Positions 15,081 through 26,604 of a stretch of 64,000 bases of DNA are shown in pieces. The stretch spans positions 70,556,001 through 70,620,000 of the forward strand of contig OX597827.1 in assembly GCA_951406725.2 (NCBI GenBank), in the 5' to 3' direction. Under the pieces are notes generated by a model. It saw only the letters and a program-made list of their open reading frames with translations. It searched no databases and had not been told where the DNA came from. How positions within the stretch are numbered: position 1 is the first letter of the stretch; every line of letters starts with the position of its first letter. This DNA is from Octopus vulgaris. Its lineage: Eukaryota. The translations under genes were made by a program, and so were the position numbers.

Positions 15081-15278
15081 ATATATAAATATATATACAT
15101 ATATACATACATACATACATATATATATATATGTATATATATATAGAATATGAAAGGGTTTAGTTCACTTTGATCTAAACGAATAAGTGCTATAGTTGGT
15201 CATCTGTTCCAAGTTCACAGCTGAGACTGGATCTGGGGATCCATATTAAGGCTCTGTTATAGCAGGTATATATTATAT

Positions 15279-15447
15279 TATTATATTAGAGGAAAAAGCA
15301 GAACCAAGGCAGAATGAATATCTCAAGTCATTTAGAATAATTTAATTAGGTAAGGTGAATTCACCTTACTCTAATTAAATTAAATTATTCTAAATGACTT
15401 GAGATATTCATCTTGCCTTGGTTCTGCTTTTTCTCAAATATAATATA
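15279..15447. repeat. Loopless inverted repeat (about 80-bp arms) centred on gaattc
   Basis: gaaaaagcagaaccaaggc...gtaaggtga|attcaccttac...gccttggttctgctttttc. Confidence 0.9.
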
Positions 15448-15535
15448 CACAGGCATAGGAGTGGCTGTGTGGTAAGTAATTTGCTTACCAACCACATAGT
15501 TCCGGGTTCAGTCCAACTGCGTGGCACCTTGAGCA

Positions 15536-16013
15536 AGTGTTTGGGTGTCAATCTGAGAACAGTGCAGAGGATTTGGAAAGAGTTGGATGAGTCTAATGGT
15601 GATCATGAAGGTATGGCAACTCGGAAAACTCACTCTGATTGTTCTATTAAGAAAAGAACTTCTGAATTTGTTGGTGAGATCTAGACCATGATTGACAATG
15701 ATCCCTGCAACTCAATCAGGTCTATTGCAAAGGACATGGGAGTGTCTGAGTTCCTATCATGCAGGTAGCGTGTGAAGACATTCAGTATTCCTCATATAAG
15801 ATGAGAAAGGGCCAATTTTTATCTCAAGCCATCAAGGACAAGAGGAAAGACTGTGCTACAAAGCTTTTGAACAAACTAAAGCATCCCCTCAGGATGAGAT
15901 GGTGAGCACACAGAACAACCATTGGCTTGCCGTGTCTCCCAAACATGTACCAAGAGTGATAAATATCAAACATCCAGTCAACATCACGGTGTAGTATGCC
16001 TCTGTTCATCTTT
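15536..16013 (+). mobile_element. maT (DD37D) Tc1/mariner-type transposase remnant
   Basis: CLGVNLRTVQRI, DNDPCNSIRSIAKDMGVS, SYKMRKGQFLS, QNNHWLA, KHPVNITV with stops and frameshifts; overlaps the 5' piece at 61333-61580. Confidence 0.8.
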
Positions 16014-16022
16014 CTACAGATT

Positions 16023-16325
16023 GTGAAGGTGCATGGCTCAGTGGTCAGGGATATTCGGCCCATGATCATAATAAGGTCATGAGTACGATTCCCTGTGGTA
16101 CTCTACTTCACCTTGCTGCAGTCCACTCAGCCATCAAAAATTAGTTGTGTCTGTAATTCAAAGGGGCTAGCCTTGTCACATTCTGTGAGGCTGAATTTCC
16201 CTGGGAACTACTTTATGGTATGCATGTCTGTGGAGTACTCAGTCACTTGCATGTTAATTTTGCGAGCAGACTGTTCTATTGATCAGATAAACAGGAACCT
16301 CGTGATCATAACCGATAGAGTGCCA
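16023..16325 (+). mobile_element. H/C-related SINE (H-type head, C-type tail)
   Basis: gtccactcagc core then ccttgtcacattctgtg...gtctgtggagtactcagtcac tail. Confidence 0.7.
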
Positions 16326-16788
16326 TTTTTTAAAAAGCGTGAAAGGAAAGGAAATGTTCCATATCTTAAGGCAAAACGTCATGTGTTTAGTATAAGCAGT
16401 GAAAGCTAAAACGAAATAATTGCTATTCTGTCGTGCATTTGCCCTCGACTAACGCTCAGTTTGATAACGACAGTCTGCGCATCGGTGTTCATCTGGAGGC
16501 CTGGACTCCAGATCTGTGAGACCTGGCCTCCAGATCTGTGAGATCCACAAATTCTGCTGTTAGGACCGGATTAACACCCATAGTGATCCTAATGGCTAAA
16601 AAGATTTTCTTGCCCCTGTATAGGATCTTTTTTCATTTTCTCCCAGTCACTTGAAAGTTTTATCTTGCTCCAGTCCACTCAGCTGGCCAAAATGAGTCGT
16701 AGCTGTTATACATAGGGGCCAGCCTTGTCATATTCTATGTGAGGCTGAATCTTCCTGGGAACCTATGTTAATGATATGCATGTCTGTG

Positions 16789-17509
16789 AGGCGGTGAGCT
16801 GGCAGACCTGTTAGCATGCCAGGTGAAATGCGTAGCCGTATTCCGTCTGCCATTACGTTCTGAGTTCAAATTCCGCCGAGGTCGACTTTGCCTTTCGTCC
16901 TTTCAGGGTCGATAAATTAAGTACCAGTTACGCACTGGGTCGATATCATCATCATCATCATTGTTTAACGTCCGCTTTCCATGCTAGCATGGGTTGGACG
17001 GTTCAACTGGGGTCTGGGGAGCCCGAAGGCTGCACCAGGCCAGTCAGATCTGGCAGTGTTTCTACAGCTGGATGCCCTTCCTAACGCCAACCACTCCGAG
17101 AGTGTAGTGGGTGATTTTATGTGCCACCGACACAGGTGCCAGACGAGGCTGGCAGACGGCCACGCTCGGATGGTGTTTTTTTATGTGCCACCGACACAGG
17201 TGCCAGACGAGGCTGGCAGACGGCCACGCTCGGATGGTGTTTTCTTATGTGCCACCGACACAGGTGCCAGACGAGGCTGGCGAACGGCCACGCTCGGATG
17301 GTGTTTGTTACGTGCCCTCAGCACGGAGGCCAGTCGATACGGTACTGGCTACGGTCACGTTCGGATGGTTTTCTTATGTGCCACTGGCACTGGTACCACA
17401 AGGATACAAATTCCATTGATGTTCATCTATTTTGATAATTGACTTAATCCGTTTGTCTGTCCTTGTTTGTCCCCTCTGTGTTTAGCCCCTTTTGGGTAAT
17501 AAAGAAACA
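16789..17509 (+). mobile_element. SINE family D interrupted by a family B copy
   Basis: Head ggcggtgagctggcag, B-box gagttcaaattcc, core gtcgactttgcctttcgtcctttcagggtcgataaattaagtaccag; 14-bp TSD gatatgcatgtctg at 16773-16786 and 17510-17523. Confidence 0.85.
16946..17440 (-). mobile_element. Family B retroposon, apparently full length, with three near-identical ~61-bp units
   Basis: gtgccaccgacacaggtgccagacgaggctggc repeated three times at 17120-17300. Confidence 0.9.
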
Positions 17510-18071
17510 GATATGCATGTCTGGGATGTCATAATGTCAGAACTCGCATCATTTTGCAACGCAGAATCTTATCTTATTTCAATGAGAATTCCATTAACTG
17601 ATTTTCGCTAACGAAGACAAACAGACCATCTGTCGTCTCCATGAATTCTGGATGCTGTTTTGTTATTCTTCCACAATAGATACATCTTCACAAGTAGAAC
17701 CAGCTGGGATTTTACCCAACAGTTGTAACAAATTATTTACTTTGGCTTGTCTGACCCTACAACAGCTGAAGTGAAATTTATACAACAATTTGGCTACTTA
17801 GACAAATGAGAGAAAGAAGTTAATTTATAGGAGTGCTTTAACAAAAAGGAGTCAACAATGTTTGCAAACAAACCACTCAAGAAGGTTAATCTTTTATAGA
17901 TATTTACGTGTTATGTACATAATTTTTTCTCTTCTGTCTGGTCTTGTCTAAACACAAAAACAGATATTTGTGTTAGTTTGTTAGATTAAACGTGTTCGGT
18001 TGTTTATTTATTACTGCCTGGGTTCCATACATCAATGTATTCGGTAATGATCTTTGCCATTTTGTTTTTTT

Positions 18072-18503
18072 TTATTCTATTTGTTTCAGTTACTAGACTG
18101 TTGCCATGCTGGAGCACTGCCTTGGAGAATCAAATGAATCAATCCCACTACTTGTTTTTTTTTGTTTTGTTTTTTATTTTATTTTAAGCCTGTTATTTAT
18201 TTTATTGTTTTTTTTGCTGAACTGCTTAAGTTACAAGGACATAAACACACCAACACCGGTTGTCAAGTGGTGGTTGGGAACAAACACAGACACACACATA
18301 GATAGATATATATACACACATATATTGAAACACACACACACACATACAATATATATATAAATACAACATGCTTCTTTCAGTTTCCATCTACCAAATACGA
18401 TCACAAGTTTTTGATTGGCCTGAGGCTATAGTAGATGACACTTGCCTGAGGTGCCATACAGTGGGACTGAACCTGAAAACATGAGATTGGGAAACAAGTT
18501 TCT
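18072..18503 (-). mobile_element. SINE family A, diverged
   Basis: Reverse complement of body and part of head. Confidence 0.75.
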
Positions 18504-18711
18504 TATTTCTTTATTGCCCACAAGGGGCTAAACATAGAAGGGACAAACAAGGACAGACAAAGGGATTAAGCTGATTACATCAACCCCAGTGCGCAACTGG
18601 TACTTAATTTATCGACCCCAAAAGTATGAAAGGCAAAGTCAACCTTGGCAGAATTTGAACTCAGAACGTAATGGCAGACGAAATACCTGTTTCTTTACAT
18701 CCCACAAGGGG
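18504..18711 (-). mobile_element. SINE family D body (1.2 tandem units)
   Basis: cccacaaggggctaaac...gaatttgaactcagaacg then start of next unit. Confidence 0.8.
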
Positions 18712-18754
18712 TAGTATATATATATATGTGTGTGTGTATATATTCTCAATGACA

Positions 18755-19120
18755 ATCTTAATTAACCATCATCAATGACAGATGGGCATCCACTATGCTC
18801 ATGATCTTCAAGGCTCAGGTCTCCACTGCAAAATCGTTTAAACCATTTTTGAGCTGACCACTCACTGGTCATTTCCTCACCAAATGTTTTGTTGATATCA
18901 CGAGCAGTTTCAGTTGCTTAACATCCTTTTTTGAAGTTGTGTTGCAAAATTCCTCAAAATTCCTTTGACAGTTCCATTTCACAGTTGAACGGTCTAATCA
19001 CCCATGCAATGGATTTTTTTTCCAAATTGATTACGAAAACATTGAAAGTTGACAAATCTTGTCGTATTAATTTACCAACCGAAGGTTTCCAGAGTCAAAA
19101 ATTTTTTATGATGCCAAATA
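18755..19120 (-). mobile_element. mariner transposon 5' remnant (N-terminal HTH)
   Basis: From ATG at 18977: MELSKEF*GILQHNFKKGC*ATETARDINKTFGEEMTSEWSAQKWFKRFCSGDLSLEDHEHSGCPS, matching the mariner WFxxFxxGDxSLEDxxRSGRP motif. Confidence 0.85.
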
Positions 19121-19710
19121 GTCAAAGCCCTCGGGAAGCTGGTTGGCTGATACTGCTTTTGACAAAGGATTCCACGAGGTTTGGTGCATGGAATGTTCGA
19201 ACAATGTTGGAAAGTGTGGAAATATTAGCAAAGAAATGGACAATTACAAATTGGAAAACTAGGTGGACTGATAATGGACAAACTAAGCTAGCCTCATCAT
19301 CATTATTATCATCATCGTTTAACATCCGCTTTCCATGCTAGTATGGGTTGGACGATTTTGACTGAGGGCTGGCGAACCAGATGGCTGCACCAGGCTCCAA
19401 TCTTGATTTGGCAGAGTTTCTACAACTGGATGCCCTTCCTAATGCCAACCACTCTGAGAGTGTAGTGGGTGCTTTTACGTACCACTGGCATGGGGGCCAG
19501 TCAGGCGGTACTGGCAACGACCTCGCTCGAATCCTTTTACACATGCCACCAGCACAGGTGCCAGTAAGGCGACGTTGATAGGAAAAACAATTATATATAC
19601 TCAGGGCACAAAGATGACAAGGCGCGTCACACAAGGGGAGTAGCTCTGATGCTGACTAAGAAAGCAGTTAAAGCATTAATAGAATGGCTACCCATTTCAC
19701 AACGGTGAAG
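19121..19710 (+). mobile_element. RTE-clade LINE 5' fragment (AP endonuclease), split by a family B insertion
   Basis: TRFGAWNVRTML and TRWTDNG before the insertion; IYSGHKDDKARHTRGVALMLTKKAVKALIEW after it. Confidence 0.8.
19294..19577 (-). mobile_element. Family B retroposon
   Basis: (CAT)n, ccatgctagtatgggttggacg, ggatgcccttcctaatgccaacc. Confidence 0.85.
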
Positions 19711-20003
19711 AAAATATCAGTGTTAATTTATTGATGCATTTGAGTAAGTCTATGTCTGTATTATCAGACTATTGCAAAAAAACGTTTAAAAAAAAAATTC
19801 AAAACTCTGCATGTATGTATATGCATGTGTGTGTGAATATATACACGCATATGTGTGTATGTGTGTGTGTGTGAGTGTGTGTGTAATATGTAATTATATA
19901 TGACAAGCTCAACAGCAATCAGAGTCAAATGTTACAAGCTCCTAACCTCTGAGAAATCAGCATTTAATCCTCCTGAGGGAACACCAAAGTACACGCATGC
20001 ATG

Positions 20004-20039
<36 letters not shown>

Positions 20040-20279
20040 AATGCGTGCACATATACCTATATAAACTGAAGAGTTTTATGTGAAGGCTGGCACAGGCTGG
20101 CATGGCAAGTAACGTTTGGCACCGTCCCAAAGACACAATAGATTAGACATAAGGTAGATTAGTTGAAAACCAGACATTTGCTAACATATTTGAGCAGCAG
20201 AGCATGAATCAGAGGTTTTATGGATGAGTGAGTTTTATTGCAGTGACCATTGTAAGTTTTGCCTCTTCCCCACACCATA

Positions 20280-20394
20280 CTCTTTCTCTCTCTCCCTTTT
20301 TCTCACTGTCTCTCTTTCCCTCCCTCTTTCTCTCTCCCTTTCTCACTATCTCTTTTTCCTCTCTCTCTCACATATCTATCTATCTATCTATCTA

Positions 20395-20438
<44 letters not shown>

Positions 20439-20602
20439 TATATATGTATATTTGTAATTATGTATGTATGTAAGAATGTATGTCTGTATGTACATATGTA
20501 TATATATATATATATATATATATGTAAATACATGTGTGTGTGTGTGTATCTATCCATCTTTCTCTTTAGCTACCTATCTATCTATATGTATAAGTATATA
20601 TA

Positions 20603-20635
<33 letters not shown>

Positions 20636-20755
20636 ATATATGTGTGTGTGTCTATATATAAATGCATATAATTATGTATATCTATATATATATGTATATA
20701 TATACACATGTATATACATATATATATACACACACACACATATACATACATACAT

Positions 20756-20816
<61 letters not shown>

Positions 20817-20875
20817 TACATGTATGTGTGTGTATGCATGTATGTATATGAGAATGTATATACCAATGTATGTAT
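20280..20875. repeat. (CT)n/(TATC)n/(TA)n compound microsatellite
   Basis: Direct inspection. Confidence 0.9.
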
Positions 20876-21094
20876 CTTTTATCTCTTACTTGTTTCAGTC
20901 ATTAGACAGCACCCATGACTGATGGGGCACCACTACCTTGAAAGGTTTCAATCATCAATCATCTCTCGACGTGATTGAACAATCAATCTCAACCAGTCGC
21001 AATTTACAGTACAGGGTGTACCATTCATCCTTTTGATCACAGAACGCAAAACGTGACTTGTAAACACCCCCCCCGTCCGGGTGATTTTCCCTGA

Positions 21095-21275
21095 CTCACT
21101 GTCTCACCCTTGTATGCCAATCCATCACAATGTAACCCATTTACAGCTGAGTGGACTGGGGCTCCATGAAATGAAGTGCTTTGCTCAAGAACACAATGCA
21201 CCATGCAATCTGGTGATTGAAACTGCAACCTCGCAACTGGAGTGTGACGCCCTCACCATTAGGCTACCGACCTAC
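21095..21275 (-). mobile_element. SINE family H, diverged
   Basis: cagctgagtggactgg...gaaatgaagtgctttgctcaagaacacaatgc. Confidence 0.7.
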
Positions 21276-21448
21276 GCTGGATGGTTTAATCCAATAGTAG
21301 CTAAATACTATATTATATATAGTACATGTACTATATTATACATAGTACATATATAGTACGTATATTGGAAGTGCCCCAGCTTGGACACAGCCTTAGGGCT
21401 GAAACGTATAAAATGATAAAAGAATATTATTTATTGCTGTCAATGTCA

Positions 21449-21908
21449 ACATCATCATCATCATCATTGTTCTACACACTCTCATTATAGCCATCATCAT
21501 CATCATCATCATTGTCATCGTCATCATCATCATCATCATCATGGTCATCATCATCATCATCATCGTTGTCATCATCATCATCATCATCATCATTGTCATC
21601 GTCATCATCATCATCATCATGGTCGTCATCATCATCATCATGATCATGATCATGATGATGATGATCATCATCATCATGGTCATCATCATCATCATCATCA
21701 TTGTCATCATCATCATCTTCATCATTATGGTCGTCATCATCATCATCATGATCATGATCATGATGATGATGATCATCATCATCATGGTCATCATCATCAT
21801 CATCATCATCATTGTCATCGTCATCATCATCATCATCATCATGGTCGTCATCATCATCATCATCATCATCATCAGTCATCGTCATCATCATCATCATCAT
21901 CATGGTCG

Positions 21909-21940
<32 letters not shown>

Positions 21941-22165
21941 GTCATCATCATCATCGTCATCATCATCATCCTCATCATCACCATCATTGTCATCGTCATC
22001 ATCATCATCGTCATCATCATCATCATCATCATCGTCATCATCATCATCCTCATCATCACCATCATTGTCATCGTCATCATCATCATCGTCATCATCATCA
22101 TCATCGTCATCATCATCATCCTCATCATCACCATCATTGTCATCGTCATCATCATCATCATAGTC
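21449..22165. repeat. (ATC)n tract, about 715 bp, with higher-order repeats
   Basis: Direct inspection; contiguous with the tail of the RTE fragment. Confidence 0.95.
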
Positions 22166-22430
22166 ATCAGGTTTTTCCTTGCTTGCATGATTTGGGCAAG
22201 TCTTTTCCAAAATGCCACCTCACAACTTGTTGTGGTCTCTTGTCACCTCCTGCATATCTGGTTCAGTGTCTCGATATCAGCTTCCATCCCTTTTGCTCAT
22301 GTCTTCCCTTGTCTTCCCTTTTCTGCATGTTCTTTCCAGTTCCTTACCCAAATGTCGCCCTCCATATGCATCACATGTCTGTATGAATGCCATCTTCTCT
22401 TCCGTGCTGCATCCTACATGAGGGGCACTC
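22160..22430 (-). mobile_element. RTE LINE 3' end
   Basis: Minus strand reads KRRWHSYRHVMHME...CRKG..GKT.. (LRWxGHVxRM-like), then catgcaagcaaggaaaa and a (GAT)n tail. Confidence 0.65.
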
Positions 22431-22551
22431 TTGTGGTCAATGCATGAGGGCCAAAGAATTTTACTTTTTCCCTTTTTTTCCATTTCTCTTTTACGATTTT
22501 GATAAAAAGTGGAGAAAGCAAATCCCTTAGACAACCCTTGTGGTAACTAGC

Positions 22552-23031
22552 TTAATCCTTTCGTTACTGTATTTATTTTGAGATGCTCTGTGTTTCTTTC
22601 AATTAATTTTAAATATAAGAAAGAATTTAGTAAAATAACTTAGTTATCATTAAGTTAGTGTTAGGAACATAAATTGTGATTAAGGTTTGGTGGAAGATTT
22701 TAATTCAAAACTTATGAAAACAAGACATTTGTACTCAGAGCCAGAGGCGATATCAGCCAGGTTGGTATTAAAAGGGTTAAGAATTGTTTCTCTATTGTAT
22801 ATTTTAACCCTTTCATTACTGTATTTATTTTGAGATGCTCTGTGTTTCTTTCAATTACTTTAAATATAACAAAGAATTTAGTAAAATAACTTAGTTATCA
22901 TTAAGCTAGTGTTAGGAACATAAATTGTGACTAAGGTTTGGTGGGAGATTTTAATTCAAAACTTATGAAAACAAGACATTTGTACTCAGAGCTAGACCCA
23001 GTTTCAGCCAAGTTGGTATCAAAAGGGTTAA
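22552..23031 (+). mobile_element. Tandem dimer of TTAA-flanked piggyBac-like MITE (22552-22780 and 22804-23031) with 23-bp spacer
   Basis: ttaa-cccttt ... aaaggg-ttaa termini on each ~228-bp unit. Confidence 0.88.
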
Positions 23032-23125
23032 AGCAGAAATGGCTTGTGTGGGGTTGCCTAAAGCCTTATAGGTGGATTCTGTGGAAGGAAGCTGAAAGAA
23101 GCCACTTGTGTGTGTATGTATGTAT

Positions 23126-23168
<43 letters not shown>

Positions 23169-23251
23169 GGTCCCGGGTTGATTCGGGGTTAACCACAGTA
23201 AGTAAGGTACTCAATACATAGCAGAGTAAAATTAATTTATTATATAGAAGG

Positions 23252-23302
23252 AGCTTCTACAGGACTAGTACTGTTTCATTCAAGAGAAATCTTCAGGAAG
23301 CT
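23252..23302 (-). ncRNA. Type I hammerhead ribozyme (mirror copy)
   Basis: Exact reverse complement of 23518-23568. Confidence 0.75.
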
Positions 23303-23517
23303 ATTTAACAAGAATTGTATTAGCATTTATACATTTAGGCAGGTTTAAAGGAGTGGTGGTGGGGGACTTTTTGGGGGTAGGCATAGCGCAAAATATCATA
23401 CTTGACCACTCCCCCAAGTATGATATTTTGCGCTATGCCTACCCCCCAAAAAGTCCCCCACCACCACTCCTTTAAACCTGCCTAAATGTATAAATGCTAA
23501 TACAATTCTTGTTAAAT

Positions 23518-23568
23518 AGCTTCCTGAAGATTTCTCTTGAATGAAACAGTACTAGTCCTGTAGAAGCT
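23518..23568 (+). ncRNA. Type I hammerhead ribozyme
   Basis: agcttc CTGAAGA t-ttc-tctt-gaa-t GAAA cag-tactagtc-ctg TA gaagct: complete catalytic core, stems I, II and III, GUA cleavage triplet. Confidence 0.8.
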
Positions 23569-23587
23569 CCTTCTATATAATAAAAAA

Positions 23588-23619
<32 letters not shown>

Positions 23620-23631
23620 AAACGATAAACG

Positions 23632-23790
23632 TCGCCCTTTTCAAGCCTAGCCAGGCTCATGGGCCCGGTTTCCCGGTTCCTGTGGCGTATGTGTTCCCCA
23701 CCAGCTGGATGGGACGCCAGTCCATTGCAGTGTTACTCAAGAAACAGGAAGAGAGAATGAGAGAAAGTTGTGGTGAAAGAGTAAAACAGG
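23632..23790 (-). mobile_element. SINE H/C-related 3' part
   Basis: gcccttttcaagcctagccaggctcatgggcccgg tail. Confidence 0.75.
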
Positions 23791-23794
23791 GGTT

Positions 23795-24932
23795 GGAGCC
23801 TCGATGTATTTTCAAAATTCTAGTCGTTCTATTGAAAGGTTTGTCAATAGAAAGTGCACTAAATGTAAAAAAAAAACCCTCTTTCCATCAAGAAAGGTAC
23901 ATTTACAGAAAACTTTAAGCTGCCATTATATGTAATTTTTCATTTAGAGTTTTATTTTATTTTCGAATTTCCTGTGACGATATCTGCAAGTATGAATTGC
24001 ATTGATATAAAAACCGCCGTTCAGTGGTTCCAGTTCTGTAGAGATGTTTGTTCGGCAAAACTGCTACAAAACTCCCATTGGTGGTCCAGATCATATAGTG
24101 GAGTTTGATGAAAGCTTGTTCTTCAATAGCAAGAACAATGTAGGAATAATGTGTCGCAAAACGTGGGTTGTTGGATGTTACGACACCACAGCCAGAAAAA
24201 GGATTTCTTCGTGTACCCGATAGGAGGACAGAGACGTTGGAGAATGTTATCAGACAAAACGGTCTTCCAGGAACTACTGTTATGACTGACAATTTGGTAA
24301 GCTTTTGTAATCTCCACATACTAGGTTATATTCATCATACGGCAAATGATTCCCCAAATTTCATAGATTGGTCACCGGGGTATATACAAATATATATATA
24401 CTTTGGGATATATATATATATATTTTGGTCTTATTTTTACATGATCACACTATATCGAGAGCGGAGATTCCGAATCTGCAAAAAAAGATAAATCTGCATC
24501 TCAAAATTTATATTGCACAGAACAAAAAAAAAAAAAAAAATTTTTATGACAAAATACACCTTTATTCACTCACTCTCTACTCCCTCTCTTTCCACACGAA
24601 ATCGAAGAGTACTTGTTACCCGCTTAAAATTTCGGCGCGAAAAATTGCTAAAGGACAAAACTATTTTGCAGCTTAGGTCTTATATATCCTGGGATCTATA
24701 TATCCACTAATTTTAGTAGGTATGTAAAAGATATTGTTTTAATACACTTTGACTTGTTTCACACAAACACTAACATTTTTTTTTGTCCAGATATCGTTAC
24801 CACTTCATTTATTATTGTTTTCAAAGTTCTTTCATTTTCAATCTAATGTAATCCACATTCTATAAAACGTATTTCTGCAAAATGTCATCTTAAAATATGT
24901 GTAAAGAAAGGGGGCTGATGCTGTTTCGCACC
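23795..24932 (+). mobile_element. Merlin (IS1016/ISXO2-like) DNA transposon remnant 1
   Basis: QWFQFCRDVCS, PIGGPDHIVEFDESLF, WVVG, VPDRRTETL..I...PGTTVMTD, GYIH, VTGVYTNI..LW with frameshifts (23850-24415); 3' end ggggctgatgctgtttcgcacc. Confidence 0.85.
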
Positions 24933-24947
24933 TCACCTTCAAAGGTG
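24546..24947 (+). repeat. ~400-bp direct repeat copy 1 (Merlin right end)
   Basis: Aligns closely with 26213-26619. Confidence 0.9.
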
Positions 24948-25129
24948 TCTGTATATATATATACGAGCAGCTAAGCCCCGTTTCACCCGGTCCGTTTGGA
25001 TGATGTGGCTGTGATCGTTTTCGGTGAAGCATAATCTATAACAGCGTTTCTCAATCTTATCATTTCGGGTCCCCTGTTTCGATTGGAGCCTCCAGCTGTA
25101 TGAAAATTTCCAACCCCACCCCTTGTCAG

Positions 25130-26604
25130 AAAACAGCCTTTTGGTGAACTGGAACGCCTGACGAAGAGATCATTTATGGTCCCACTTTTGGCCGAATGTG
25201 GCGAGCGCATAAGAAGGGATGCTGACACCCTCATTCCTATCATTGACGCTACGTCAGGCCGGGATCAATAATCTATAGTGAGTGTTGGCGTGCGTATAAT
25301 AACTTGAGCAGTATGGGCTATACACACTAACACTCTGAACACTTTGTGGATCCCTATAACCCAGCTATTCGCACTCAGAATATTGAGCTTTTATGGGGAA
25401 GCCTGAAACAATGCATTGTTCGTACTGGAATAAGACCGAAGTATCTCAAACAGTATGTCGCTAGGCCCAGTGGTTAGGGCAGCGGACTCGCGGTCGTAGG
25501 ATCGCGGTTTCGATTCCCAGACCGGCCGTAGTGAGTGTTTATTGAGCGAAAACACCTAAAGCTCCACGAGGCTCCGGCAGGGATGGTGGTGATCCCTGCT
25601 GTACTCTTTCACCACAACTTTCTCTCACTCTTACTTCCTGTTTCTGTTGTACAGAAAGGGCCGGCCTTGTCACGCTGAATATCCTCGAGAACTACGTTAA
25701 GGGTGCACGTGTCTGTGGAGTGCTCAGCCACTTACACGTTAATTTCACGAGCAGGCTGTTCCGTTGATCGGATCAACCGAAACCCTCGTCGTCGTAACCG
25801 ACGGAGTGCTTCCATCCATGTCGCTAGGTTACATTTTATGCGGGCCAATTCACCGCCAACTCAGCGATTCCATAAGTTTCTTTTAGAAGCTGGAAAACTG
25901 TTCCTGAGGACTTGGAAGAATTGGTTTTTGATGTTCAGTCACCCTTAACTTTCGTCTATCATGAAACACCATATTTATGAAACAATTTGGATACATTTTT
26001 ACAAGTGCACCTCCACGCATTTCATAAAAAAACCCTCGGATTTCTTGCGTGTAAATCACCTACCCTGGCCTCCTAATCTGCTGCAAACCCCTTATTTTTC
26101 TTCATTAAAAAGTGATGGGGTAGGAAAATGGAACCCCACCTCCCTGAAATTATTTGAAAATGTGCATAAATAGGATATATATTCTACAAGCCAAAAAAAA
26201 AAAATTACATAAATGACAAAACACACCTTTACTCATTCACTCACTCTCTCCCCTTCTCCCTCCTCACGAAATCGATGAGTACTTGTTACCTGCTTAAAAT
26301 TTCGGCGCGAAAACTTGCTAAAGGATAAAACTGTATTGCATCTTAGGTCTTATATATCCTAGGATCTATATATCTAGTCATTTTAGCAGGTATGTAAAAG
26401 ATATTGTTTTAATACACTTTGACTTGTTTCACACAAACACTAACATTTTTTTTTTGTCCAGATATCGTTACCACTTCGTTTATTATTGTTTTCAAAGTTC
26501 TTTGATGTTTCAATCTAATGTAATCCACATTCTATAAAACGTATCTCTGCAAAATGTCATCTTAAAATATGTGTAAAGAAAGGGGGCTGATGCAGTTTCG
26601 CACC
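25130..26604 (+). mobile_element. Merlin DNA transposon remnant 2, interrupted by SINE C
   Basis: FGELERLTKRSFMVP..RDADTLIPII / YVRPGSIIYSECWRAYNNLSSMGYTH* / HSEHFVDP..TQNIELLWGSLK..YLKQYVAR|LHF; same right end as remnant 1. Confidence 0.85.
25466..25817 (+). mobile_element. SINE family C
   Basis: 11-bp TSD atgtcgctagg at 25455-25465 and 25818-25828; the Merlin reading frame resumes after it. Confidence 0.92.

Larger units (their letters stand above)
23165..23590. mobile_element. Penelope-like fold-back element inserted in (TA)n; 349-bp palindrome
   Basis: Arms 23236-23404 and 23415-23584 are reverse complements apart from one G/C-run indel; 10-nt loop; hammerhead in each arm. Confidence 0.75.

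Noticed and set aside
16981-17442. 153-aa repeat-containing ORF (VPPTQVPDEAG)
   Set aside because: Antisense translation of family B tandem modules; the frame is not preserved among copies.
21393-22447. Poly-Met/Asp/His/Ile ORFs of up to 281 aa
   Set aside because: Frames of an (ATC)n array derived from an RTE tail.
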